NCBI GenBank assembly: GCA_052327205.1
Contig: CM126226.1
Location: forward strand, 11,594,001-11,658,000
Reading direction: 5' to 3'
DNA length: 64,000 bases
Source of the DNA: Somniosus microcephalus
Lineage: Eukaryota
Below are positions 24,970 through 37,462 of this stretch, one piece after another; the first letter of the stretch is position 1, and each line of letters opens with the position of its first letter. The notes beneath the pieces are model-generated. The model worked only from the letters and a program-made list of their open reading frames with translations. It had not been told where the DNA came from and searched no databases. The translations under genes and the position numbers were made by a program.

Positions 24970-26523
24970 TATTAAAAACATGTGGTACTTTCTGTTTCCA
25001 GTATTGGAATGCCTTCGTGCACAAGCACATTGTGTTTCGGATGTGTATTTTATTGTTGGCCTAAACCTCCCCCTCCACCGTGTCCTCCCACATGACAGTT
25101 GCAGGTTGCAGTTACGGTGACCTGGAATGTGATAAGTAGAGGTAACTTTGACTTCGCTGCTCTCGAACAAACTGGTTGAGTGTGACCTAGGCAAAGCTGT
25201 GGAAGCAGGTCACCGCACCGGCCTTCCCTGCCAATGGTGCAGCAATGGCAAGAAAGTATCCTTGTAGATGGCGAAGGAGGGGTGAATATTAATGAGGTTC
25301 CTGGAGTGCAAAACATACTGGCCTCGTATAAACTCTGGTGAATTCTTAATCCAAGCCATTTTCTTGATAAAATTTCAGTCGTTTCTCAATGGTCACAAAT
25401 GAACAGACAGTCGTCCAAACAAAAGAATACTGCTAGGAGCTGTCCAATTTTAAAAAGGCCCGGTCATGCGCTGTTCCCCCCTTCCCCACTGCACAGATGT
25501 CATGGTTGTGCCATTAGTACCTCCGTTTCTTCTCGCCATATCATTGACAGTATTTCAGTCAATTAGCGTCCCGGCATAGTTTATTTTACATGGTTTTGTT
25601 TCTTTTCACACTGTTTTCATGTCTTTAATAAAGTCTCTTTTTCAATAAGGCTTTTCTAAAAGTTTAACTTGTATACTGTCACCTGAATGTGACTTTGGTT
25701 ATCAACCGTGCATCAAACTGCAGTTGATTAAAAGTAATGTGAAGTAATTCTTTTACTGAATTAAAAGCATTCAGAAAAAATCATTACAAAATTACTATGA
25801 ATTCCTGACAAGTGACATACCTATTGTGGAAAAATGAGTAGTTATATAACAGGAATTGACTATTAAAAGCTTTGGCTCCTGTATGCAGGGTACATATCGT
25901 TTTATTATACAGATTGGTTTATTCCAGAATACCTAAAAGTAAGGAATGTTTAGTTGATTTCCTAACTGGCTTCTGTTAAAAACAGAAGAAATTTTGTCTG
26001 ATGTGGCCCTTATACCAGAAAGGCATGATGTGTAAACATTTTCACAATTTTATAATCTGTCAATAGGCAATTGAGGTTTATTCTGCTGGTAAGTTGAGCC
26101 TCATTCCCCTCCCCTTTCATGAAATGATGCTCAGCATTGAGGTAAGCCACCTTGTGGAATCTTTGAGAAATGACAACTGGTTGCAAATTACCGATGAAGC
26201 AGCTAGTTCTGATTCTTGAATCTGTGCTAACAGTGATCTGAAACATATACTCTTGTCTTTTAGCTTAAGGCCTTTGTTATATCATTTGTAGATTAGTGGA
26301 CTTTGGTTTCAAAATGTTCTTATCGAGTGGATAGGGCTGTTACAAAGAGACATAACAGACTTATGGTACCAGACAGTAGGCCTGCAGTTGTTTCAAGTAA
26401 CGTTACAATATGTTTTTCAAGAAAATCAGTTTGAATCTGTATTCCAGAACTGTAGAATTTAAAGTTTTGCTGGGAAAGAATGACTTGCACAAAAACTAAT
26501 TTTGTTTTTTGCTTTTGTGACAG

Positions 26524-26632
26524 TTCCGCCCCAGTGCAGCTCCATACATGGGGCCCCCTCAGCAGTATTCTGTCCAGCCACCTCCTGGTCCATTCTATTC
26601 GGGACCGGGTCCCGGTGACTTCACTACATATG
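26524..26632 (+). CDS. EIF4G3: EIF4G3 exon FRPSAAPYMGPPQQYSVQPPPGPFYSGPGPGDFTTY (109 nt, phase 0-1)
   Basis: Acceptor ttttgtgacag, donor ATG|gtaagt; homologous to human YVGPPQQYPVQPPGPGPFYPGPGPGDF. Confidence 0.95.
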
Positions 26633-27004
26633 GTAAGTGTTAAGCCACTAACAGTACTTGAGACTTCTATCTTTTAAATAGGAACAGAATGAATACTCTG
26701 CTTTTATTTCTGACTCATTCAATTTATTACTTTTAAACGTGTTTTTGCATTTCAGTGTATCACAATTATTGTTTAAAAATCTTAGTTTGTTGTGAACCAA
26801 GTTGAATATTGAATGATAAATGCATCTCAAAAACACTTACTTGTAACTGTGCCTTGCAAACTTTGTATTGAAAATATGAAAGCTTGGAGCAAGACCGATT
26901 GTTGTTCTGCCTTTGTAAAATTAGCATGGACTGCACTTCTTCCTTGACGTGGGTTGTAGATTTTGCCCTTCTAAAATTGGATTTTTATTTGTCCTGCGGA
27001 TTGG

Positions 27005-27319
27005 AGAGTGCCGTTGAGGCCGCATTTATTGCCATCCCTAGTTATCTTAAATATGGGCTTTCTACAATCTTTTTACGCATGACCGTTTCTGAGGGCTTTG
27101 AATGTCAACCACGTAGCGCAAGACTGGAGTCATGTGTACAGCAGCCCTGGTATAGCAGTGGACCAGTTAGATCTTCACAAACATTCAGCAGCTTTCACTG
27201 GTCAGTTTTTTTCTGGTGCCAGCCCACAAATTGCCAGATTTATTTAATTCAATTTCATAATTTGCCATGGTGGGACTTGAATTCGCAACTTCTAGGTCGC
27301 TAATCTAGTACCATACCCA
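27005..27319 (-). mobile_element. tRNA-derived SINE (family A), degenerate
   Basis: gcatttattgccatccctagtt, ctggagtcatgtgta and ggtgggacttgaattc are reverse complements of family A motifs. Confidence 0.65.
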
Positions 27320-30300
27320 TCGAGAGCCTGCAGCAAGGATTTTGAGGTGTACCACTGTGGTGAAGTACTCGTGGTTACATGTCTTTCACTAGTGGTACTG
27401 GTGAGAGCAACGAGCGTAGTGCACAAGCAGCATATTGGTGCATCATTAAACCATGTTGGTTCAAGTGCTATTTTTCCGAAGCATTTTAGTAGCAGTACAT
27501 ATCTTTTAGATTACTTTTGCAATCTGAACATTACCTTCAGAGGATAGGCGAGCAAATGCAATTTTAAAATTTGGTGTGCAAATTACATTACCCTGCAGGT
27601 TTTCATCAGCGGTGTTGCCACACTTAATGACACTGCTAATAAAGACCTGCTGTAAAGACATGTAATTTGTACACAAGATTTTAAATTGCATATTCTGTAG
27701 CCTTCTGAAGATAATTTATTCAGTTTCTGTAGAATATTTTAAAAGCTACAGTGCCATTTGTCATAGTTCAGTAAACGTAATGATTGACTTCTGCTACATT
27801 GCTTCCAGCTGATATATTCCAATTGCACAAGCAATCTAAAGGCTCACAGTGATCCATAACAAGGCAGAATCACTTACAAGTCTCATTGCTGCTTGTGAGT
27901 TATGTGGTCTGCTGTTGTTTGTTGATTAATTTTTAGTAAACCACCGAGGCTGGTTTGGTTCCCCAACAGCACTTTTAGTGAACAATGTGAAGAATAACGG
28001 CTACCTGCGAGTGATGACCAGGCAGTTAAGTCATTTAAGGTTACAGGTAGATGTTCTCATTCAAGCAGTTGCAGTCTTTTAAATCATGTCAAGGTGTTCA
28101 ATTTTTTAAATGATCTATATTGTGAATTTTGCAGGCTGATTTTATTCAGTGTTGGGTCCTTTTGCCAACATCAGCTGTCTGTGCTTACACCACTACCCAG
28201 TGTGCCCAACGTGGGATATCCACGCTACAGGAGTGCTTGTGACCTAATCACTGCCAAGTTATTGAGATGATTACTAGGAAATAAGTTCACAAAAATTCTT
28301 CAGCGAGGGTAATTAATACCCTTGTGACTTTCAATGCCATAATACCAGAAAGGTTGAGGTGACAAGTAAAAGATTTGAACTGCTTCTGAGTCAGCTGAAG
28401 TCCAAAATCAGATTAATGTTCAAATCATTTCCATTTGTTTCTTTAGAAGATACATATACCATGTAGTTCATCAGAGCCATATAAAATAGTCCTGTTTTCT
28501 GTGAGTTCATAAATGTCCTTGTATATTTGCCTGGAAGAGTTACTGGAAAAGTTTGTACTCCTTCCCACTCTAATTCAGTAACCCAAGGGTTACGCAGGTT
28601 TCATTGTACATTTCTGCCAATTTAGGCCAAAGGTAAAACAATAAGACTGTCTTGTATTGTGCAACTGGATAAACTAGTTTAATCAAAAATGTTGAAATGG
28701 CAATATGACCAACGAGAGTAGCCACTGTCGTAAGAGAAGCCTCCATACTAGTCAGGCAGGTAGCTTCTGTAGTCCCAGGAAAGCAGTGGAGACTGGCACT
28801 CCTGTATTTGCTATTCCTGGAAAAAATCTTCATTAAGAGCGAGCTGGCGACCTAGTGGCAGCTCACTGAACCCAACGAAATATGGTTCTCTGATGCTCTT
28901 CGGTGTGCTACCACTGGCAGAGCGGGGAAGCGGCAAGTCTGCAGCCACCTGAACCATGTGGAGCTTGCCAAAGCTTCCTCGTGATTATTTTTTGCACATG
29001 GCTCAAACCTGCAGGATGTTGGAGACACATAATGCTTGCCAGACAGTGGTAGAATGTAGTTCAGTCTGCGATCCTGCACTTGGGAAAGTAGCAAGTCATT
29101 TCCTACAGTGAAGTAAAGGCAATAGTCATAGCTGCCCAGCAGTACTCTTATCCAACTCCTAACCGGTGGTAGAGACCCAAGCAAGGTGGAAAAAAAACTG
29201 AGATCTTGATCTCAACCAACAAAAAAAAATCCTGTTCTAATCTTTACTTTACAGATCTGCATTGTAACTAGCCCAGAACAAGAAAGTGAATTTTCTCACA
29301 ACTATGCTCACTTAATTGATGACAAAAGTACAATTCTGTTATTCCTGCCTCTTAAGAATCATCTAGAAGTTCAAAAAGTATCTAAAGAATGTGCAGAATA
29401 ATAGATAATTGATGTTGATGTCCATTGCAAAAGTCCATGTCGTCTTGTTTTAATTTTGGACTTCTATTATGCAAAGTGATGCTATCATTACCATAATTGC
29501 AAGCCCGGTGGCAGTGATGCCTGCCTTCGACATCTGACACGCTTATTATATGGTCATATTATACCATCCACTTATTCCAAATCAACCAGCCTCTTTCTGA
29601 TTTCTTCTGTTTGCTCCCTATTTTCAAGTTACTTCCTCTCTTTCCCTCACCCACCCATCCCCCCCCCCCCCCCCCCCCGCCTGCCCCGGACACCCCTGTC
29701 CCCTGTCCAGTTTCCCTGGATCCTACACAATTCCTGGACCGAGGACAGACGGGCAGATAGACACCTGGATCCCAGGCTTGTGCCAGTACCATGGTAAAAC
29801 TTTAAACTAAGACAGCAGAAGGAGGATAATTATCTGATCTTTGAATATTTGTCTGAAATATAAGCAATCAATTTTTTTTTTTTAATGCTATTTTTAACAA
29901 GATTCACCCGATAGTTGCTGGAATCATCACTGCCACTCTTGCCACATTTCCAAGGCCAGGTGCTGAAATGTGATCTTTCTTTGCTTAGCCTTGGCTAAGC
30001 AATGAGCAACAGGGAGAGTTGGGACCCGAGGCTAAACAAATTTATGTTCTGTTTCATGCCTAGCCTCAGAAACAAGGCGCAGAGGGTGGCCCCAATCAGG
30101 AGTTCAGCCACTGTGTGGTGAGTTTAAAAAAACAGTCGCTTTCTTTTTTTAATATATATATTTATAGATAGGCATGTATACTTTAAGCAAATTCTTGAGG
30201 AAAAACATTGCAGGGCTTCATCCATATTATATAATATATATAGTCGTATAATTTTTCCTTCTCTTCACCACTTGTGATTTCAAGTGAAAAAACAACAGGT

Positions 30301-31344
30301 GACCTGCTTCTAGCTTCTGCCGACACTGCTGTTGATATCACCTCCAGGCAGTGAGAGAGGGTAGGCTCTGGGAAGCTATCTCGCCAAGTCCTGGCCCACG
30401 CTTGGCATATCCCTACTGGATAGAAAGGTGGAGTTTGGGCAATTGTAGAGGTGAAAGTGTACTTCATCCTTTCAAGTCACAGCACGTTAGGCCCCCGGGG
30501 CACTTTACTCCAAGCCTTGGCTTTTATAAATCTTTCACCATGTAACTTGTAACAGAATAGCTTGGGTCACTATTAACGCAAACTTTTTACACATAATTAG
30601 CAGCATCTTTGTAATTTTGTTCAGAAATGTTTTTCCCCACTTGCATTGTATCATTCTTCCTTTGCTATCAGTTTTCGTTCATTTTCTCTTCGGTTGACTA
30701 TTCTGGTCCCAGAAAAAGCAATAAAATGCGCTTGAGATGCAGTGAGGAAGTTGTTTTATAGCATTTAACTTGTATTCAATTATTTCATTTCTTAAACAGT
30801 GGACTCCGAGTAAGATAAAATTATTTGCCAATGAATGTTTATGTAGATTTGCTATTTTCAGGACCAATGGAAGTGTTGCAGGAATTGGAGGTATCTGAAG
30901 GCAGGGATCTGAAATATTTTCTGTAAGCCTGTTCGTCTCAGTGCTTCAATCCGTTCCAGAATATTTTGCTGTAGGTATCACCTGGATACCTGAGTGTGCC
31001 TCGTTTTTCATTCCTTCTTCCTGCTTTCTTTCCTCTCCTCTTACCTTCCTCTCTTTTCCCTTCTTCAGGTTTTTGTCAACATTCTTTTTTCTCTCTCCTA
31101 GTTTGATTTTTACTTTTTTCTTGTTCCTTGTTGCTGCCGATAGTTCTTTCCTTCCTTTTTGGTCTGAGTCCAGGGGCAGTGGGTTTGTCACACTGAGTCA
31201 AGGCGAATTTCGGGATGTAAGGAGAGGTCAGCCTAAGGTGGGATATGGGGTGGCACCGAATCAGTGGGCCGGGTGTGCCTTTAAGTCCTGATTTGATGCC
31301 TAGGTCACAGCCGAGTGGTCCGTCTGGTTTTAGCCCCTATGTTC

Positions 31345-31660
31345 TTTGTAGTGGTTTGAAACAACTGAGTAGCTTGCTCGGCCACTTCAGAGGGCAGTTA
31401 AGAGCCAACCATGTTTGTGTGGGACTGGAGTCACATATAGGCAAACTGAGTAAGGATGGCAGATTTCCTTCCCTAAAGGACACTAGTGAACCAGTTGGGT
31501 TTTCATACACTCTGACAGCTTCATGGTCACTTTTACTGATACCAGTTTTTTTTTATTTCCAAGTTTTTTTAAACTGAATTCAAAATCTCATTGCTGTGGC
31601 AGGATTTGAACTTTCATTCTCTGGATTACTAGTCCAGTAACCTAATCACTACTCTACTGT
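31345..31660 (-). mobile_element. tRNA-derived SINE (family A)
   Basis: gggcagttaagagccaacc...ctggagtcacatataggc...gtaaggatggcagatttccttccctaaaggacac. Confidence 0.75.
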
Positions 31661-31669
31661 ATCGTTCAT

Positions 31670-31820
31670 GGGCCTTGGTTTAAAGTCTCATCCCTAAGAC
31701 AGTAGCTTCAACAGTGCAGTACTCACTCATGGCTGCGCTGGAATGTGAGCTCCAACTTCTGACGTGGCGTATGAGCCCACAACTTTCTCGTTGGCAGGTG
31801 ACCGTGCTGTTGCCCAAGCC
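31670..31820 (-). mobile_element. Deu-domain SINE fragment
   Basis: ggccttggtttaaagtctcatcc...acagtgcagtactc matches 52822-52880. Confidence 0.55.
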
Positions 31821-32789
31821 AGGCTAGAACACACTTTTGCTTTTAGGATTACATAGCGGGGTGCGTGAGGAGCTGTCATGGCAGCTGTATTGCCGCTGCA
31901 ATCGTTTTTTGTGAAACGTGATTGGCTGTTTCCATCATGAAAACAGCCAATCGGTAATGGCACTACAACAGTGGTTGTGGAATCTGATGGGTTGAAGTTG
32001 CGGATTTGAGGAACCTTGGTCTCTGTAATTTGATTGGTTGAAGTGAGGCTGTTCTGGTTCTGTGACGCGGCAACACTGCAGCTCTACATCACGTGGATAT
32101 ATATTCACCCTGATACAATATTATCAATATATACAAAACGTGCAGTTCAAATGGGCTGAGCTAGTTACTTTATGAAGTTAGGACGCTAAATGCTGTTTGT
32201 AACATTTTCAGGAATGGTAATTGGAGAGGAAGGGTACTTGCAACATAAATTAATTATTCTCCCACTTCCTTACCCAAAATTCACAAAATTACAGAAACCT
32301 CATTATGTTCTAGCATTATTCCTCCCTAGCAAAACCCTGGGATTTCACGGTCGCTTCACAACAGAGTGGATCAACTGATGTGAGCTGTCGGTGAGTGGCT
32401 CCAGAGGATCCTTCTGGTCCCGGGTGCTAATCAGAAGATGTTCAAACTGGCTGAATATACAGCCACATCTGGTCAGTACTGAATGCTTCCTGCTAGGCGG
32501 ATCCCAATTGGCATTCCGGGACTCGGAAAGATACTGATTTGCAGAATTCCTATTGAGGCACTTGCTGATGGTCCTGTAGCTGATGGCAACAAAGGACTTT
32601 GCCACTGAGAATGAAGACCTGAAACCATTTATCTTTCAGAAGAGAAAAGAATGCAGAAATTGCAGATCTCTCGGGCAGTTGTGTGTAAACATTGCCTTTA
32701 TCTTTTAAGTGTAAAGTGGGTGTCACTGAGAAAAATGCCAACTAATTTGAAATCTGTAGATGCAATTTAGTTCCCCCACCCGCCCTCTT

Positions 32790-33130
32790 CCAAATTTTCT
32801 CCTTTCATCTTGGAGATGGTGACTTTGAAATAAGGGTATAGTCCCACAAGCACTGGCAACTCTTTAGTACCACACTCAAGTAGTTTTTTTCCCACATGAG
32901 TCTAGTTAGGAAGCATCAGCAGGATAGCAGTCGGGAGCAGGACTATTTTTTCCCTGCCTTTATCTGCTACCCCACCCTGCCTTTGTCGCTACAACCTGGG
33001 GACAGAAAAGCCAAATGCCCTGCTGCTGCCTTCATTGAGGTTGGCCAACTTAGCAAAGACCAGGAATCAGCATGGGGCTTTCCTGGTCTATTTGGCTCTA
33101 CCATATGGTGCATTATGTTTACTCACAGCC
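32790..33130 (-). mobile_element. tRNA-SINE family B, degenerate
   Basis: Reverse-complement similarity to 58322-58725 (ggggctttcctggtctatttggctc). Confidence 0.5.
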
Positions 33131-35120
33131 TTTTGGACAAACCTGAAAATAGCTGTTTTTACAAGGGTCACTTTTGAATATTAATAAACTACTTTCTGTG
33201 AAAACAAAACAGTCGACGAGAGTAATTCACACTTGGGTTGAATATTTTTAGCTGTAATTTTAGGCTCTACAATGAGGGTGGACAAAGGTTCGATCTGGAA
33301 GGGTGAAAGTGCTGAATTAGCAGGGAGGGGATTGTCTAAAGCTGTCGTGCTGTATTTCTGGCACAATGCCTGGCTCTGAGCTGATATCTGTGAGAATACA
33401 TTGCCGTGCATCAGCTGGTCCTGTCGGAGGTTCAAAGGTCAGACTTGCAAAGAATGAGCCGATCTGGCTCGGTGCCAGGGTTTAGAAAATCCTGTAAGTT
33501 GCATCATTGTGTGAAGGTGATCAGTTATGTGCAGCCACCGATGAGGCCATTCTCCCCGCATGCAATTACTGTTGAAATGACGAACACTGGCTTAGTGTCC
33601 GAGCAGTAACATACACAGCAGCTTTTGATTTGATGTGCACGTGCATCCTTGCGAATGTGGAAGTATAGTACCCTCACACATGATGGTGGTTAGTATTTGC
33701 AATTTAATAGAAAATAAAAAGGCTGTGACTAGTAGTGAGCTGTAGAAGGAGGTCAGTGATGCCTGTAATGCTGGGAACTCTGATCTGAACCTTGACTGAT
33801 GTGACCCTGCTAATCCAAGTGGGGACGTTTTTCCAGTTCTCAGCGGATCATTTTGAGCATTTCTTTGTTATTATTGGGACATGCTTCACGTCTACTGTTA
33901 CAACTTCATCTGCAGTAGTCTGGCAAGTCTGCAGTACAAGCTGACCTCTTCTCCTGGTTTAATAATGGCTGTGAATGAGGGAGGGCAAAGAGTTGGATGG
34001 AGAGAGAGAGAAAATAAAATACTTAGTATGGGAAATGAGCAAATAGTTATAGGAAGAAAGATACAACAACTACTTGCATTCAACATGGAAAAATGGCCCA
34101 CGGTGCTTCACGGGAGGAAAATGGGCAGGAACGGTCATGGTGACTGTATCTCACATGCTTTTGCTGCAGTGTGATTGTGCAGGATTTTTTTGGTGGACTG
34201 TGATTGTGATGAAAATTAAGTAAGGTTTTACTTAAAATGTTTGGTGAATCCAGGAGAAAAAAACTAATTAGAAAGGAGAGAAGCATTGATCTATGCTCAG
34301 AAATGGGTTTCAGTATTTCCCTCGTGATCCTTTTTGTATGAGCTTTCTTTCCCCATAACCCGTTCTGCTGATTAAGCAGGCATGTCCTGTATCCCGCACT
34401 GTAGATGTTTCTCACCATCATTTTGTACAGTTGGTCCAACTGACCCTGAGCTACGACTGCTTCACTCACACTTTGGGCTCTTCAGTCTGAAAAATAGAGT
34501 TTTTATAGTCTTGCATTTTACACATTACATTCAGGGCCCCAAAGCCAATTTCTGTCACTGGCCCCACCAAATTATGCAGCAAGAGAATGTAGAATCTACA
34601 GCTCGTTACCAAGTGGTCTACACACATTTATGTTTTTAAAAGTGTGACCGCAGCAATTTTGTCTTTTAGCACACCAGTTCAGAGAATGGCATTTGAACTG
34701 CAAACTTGCAGCCCCCGGTGAGGGTGAGAGCAGGAGCAGAACCTGCAGCTGTCCCGCCTACCTGCCACAACTACCCTCCAGCCATCAGTCAGCGCCTCAC
34801 CAACCTATAGTCTGCCAGTCAGGTCGCCAACGCACCAGGCAGCACCACCAGGAGCCAAATTTTTAATTAAAAATAGATTTTTTACATACAACTATATAAC
34901 CTTACATTCACATTGGGGAGACACTAACCAAAGATTACTGCCCTTTACACTTTTTCTCATTCATCAGTTCAGAAGTTATGACTGCAGTTTTACCCATGCT
35001 GCCCCCCTAGCTGTGAAACCACTCCATCTTTTACGCTGCCCCGCCCGGTACATGTGCTACACTGGCCCAGCCACAAGTTTGTAATTGAATATTTGAAGCA
35101 AAGACAAACAATAGCAACCC

Positions 35121-35142
35121 ATGAAACAGCAGTCCCGCCAGG
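35121..35142 (+). CDS. Candidate alternative first coding exon MKQQSRQ (ends phase 1)
   Basis: In-frame TAG at 35112-35114, then ATG AAA CAG CAG TCC CGC CAG G|gtaaga; the phase matches the acceptor at 35549, about 400 nt downstream. Confidence 0.45.
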
Positions 35143-35548
35143 GTAAGAATGGAAGAAATACCACGGGGTACCAAATACAGCCTGCTTCTGATTCTGTGGC
35201 GGGGATAGTTTCCATGCCTATTTAATCACAAAGCCCTGGGGGCCCTGATCCTGATCACAATACACAACATTCTGCTTTTGTGCCCCTTTTCTACATTGAC
35301 AGCAGACGTCTCCGCATTGCTTGTTTGATTTCAGTGTCATCTAGATGTGAGCAAACTTCTGAGCTCTACGCATCATGGGGACTGTGCCTGCAATTGAATT
35401 GCTAGTGATAACTTATAAGCCAAAATGTGCCTCATTTTGTCACTGTCAAACTTGAATGCATATGAAATTTAGAAAGTCCATAAAGTTTCCTTCCACCAAG
35501 ATTGCAGAGCAAAGATGTTGAACTCTAATGTGCTTTCTCTTTCACCAG

Positions 35549-35646
35549 CGCCATCCTATTACAGTCAACCTGTGTATTCGCCATCTGCACCTTTGATAGT
35601 GCCTACACAACAACCACCACCTCCAACAAAGAGGGAGAAGAAAACG
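35549..35646 (+). CDS. EIF4G3: EIF4G3 exon APSYYSQPVYSPSAPLIVPTQQPPPPTKREKKT (98 nt, phase 1-0); first part of the PABP-binding motif
   Basis: Acceptor ttctctttcaccag, donor ACG|gtatgg; homologous to human SQPVYQSAPIIVPTQQQPPPAKREKKT. Confidence 0.95.
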
Positions 35647-36289
35647 GTATGGCAAGTCCATGTGCTGCTTCCTTTCTGCTTTCTGTAGGCGACACTGAAT
35701 GTGTGTAGATGAGTGGAATTGAGGTTTGACTCATAACTCGCAAATAGGAACTATCTTGACATGTCGTTGGGAAAATTATTCTGCCATTTAGTTATGCACC
35801 TGGTGTTGAATGTGTAAATGAGGTTTTAATGTGCAGTTTATATAGGCTGAATTTGTCAATTTGGAAGCATCCAATTGCCCTGTCGTCCTATCTCTAACTT
35901 CATTCAGGAAACGTGCCTCTTTTTTTTACTAATATGGTAGAAGCTGCTCAGTCATGGCAGTGCCGAGTCTGCTGGCTCCTGCCCACAAATTGGGAACATT
36001 TAAAAGAAGTATAATCACCTCAGCAGGGCATTCATTTTGGTACTGATGTCCGTATTCATGAAGGAAGGGGAAGAGCATTCTATCCAGCTAAGTGTCTATC
36101 GATTTCAAGGAGAGGTGGGATGTTGTATTGACCTATGTGGTGGAAGTTAGTTAGTACCTGCGCACCCAGATAGCTAATAAAATTAGCCTAACTGATGAGC
36201 GACCCCCCACCACCTCTGTTTTGGTACAGTTGATTTTACATCTTGAAATATTCCCACAGACATCCGCTATCATTTTAGTGTGGCATTTA

Positions 36290-37462
36290 ACCACCATTCT
36301 AAGTGGGACAGACAAGGACAGATCTAGCCACCCAGAACTGGGCATCCATGAGGACTGTAGGCCATCAGCAGCAGAATTATATACCGCCACAATCTGTAAA
36401 GTCAAGTTCCAGCACATCCCTCGCTCCATCACCATCAAGCCACGAGACCAGGCCTGGTTCAACATAGTGTTGAAGGGCATACCAGGAGCAACACCAGACA
36501 TACCTTAGAATAAGGTACAATCTTACTAAAGCTACTACTCAGGGCTATCTGCACATTAAACACCAAGCAGTAGGCTATAGTCAGAGTTAAGTGGTCCCGC
36601 AGCCAACTTACAGGAGAGGGAAGCCTCATAAACATCCTCATTCTCAACCAGGGTGGAGCCCCGCATGTGAGTGTAAGAAACAAAGCTGAAGTGTTCGCAA
36701 GCATCTTCAGACAAAAGTACCAAATGGACAAACTTGCTTGGCCATCTCCTGAGGTGCCCACCATCATAGATGCCAATGTCCAGCCAATTCAGTTCATTCC
36801 GTATGATCTCAAGATGCAACTGAGTGAACTGGACACAGGAAAGGCTATGGACCCTGACAACATCTTGGCTGTAGTGCTGAAGAATTGTGCACTAGACCTA
36901 GCTGTGGTGCTGACATGTACCCGACAGTGGGGAAGATTGCCCCACTATGTCCTACCCATGATGATCAGGATAAGTATAACCCAGCCAATTACCGCCCCAT
37001 CAGCTACTTTCCAATTATCAGTAAAGTGATGGAAGAAGTCTTCAATAGCCCCATAACGTGGCCCCATAAAGCGACTCCTACTCACTAATCTGCTCACTAG
37101 TGGTCAATTCGGGTTCTGTCAGTTAGCTTGCTTCTGATCTCGTCATACCCTTTATCCAGACCCGGATGCAAAAGCTGAATGATAGAGGAGAAGTGAGAAT
37201 AGCTGCCCTCAGCATCAGGATAGCATTCAACCTAGTATGGCACCAATGAGCCCCAGTAACACTGAGGTCAGTGGAGGACAAACTTTCCAGTGGCTAGCCA
37301 TACCTGACAGAGGAAGATGGGGGTGGTTGTCAGAGGCTATTCATTGCAGCCCCAGAACATCACTGCAGGATTTCTTCAGAGCAGCATTGTCAGCAGCAAT
37401 GATCTTCCTTCTATCAAAAGGGCTGTCCCCTGACTATTCCAATGGTCCGTTCTATTTATAAC
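36290..37462 (+). mobile_element. Old CR1/L2-group LINE (LINE-A), left part
   Basis: Remnant ORF2 motifs KAEVFASIF, KAMDPDNILAVVLKNCA and NPANYRPIS..IISKVME. Confidence 0.75.

Noticed and set aside
28011-28140. Intronic C/D-box snoRNA (GTGATGA...CTGA), prompted by snoRNAs hosted in other eIF4G genes
   Set aside because: No terminal stem or recognisable rRNA guide; box motifs of this kind occur by chance several times in the window.
30941-31291. Hydrophobic Phe/Leu-rich ORF, or a recursive splice site at cttcag|gttttt
   Set aside because: Translation of a low-complexity pyrimidine tract; the donor after the AG is poor.
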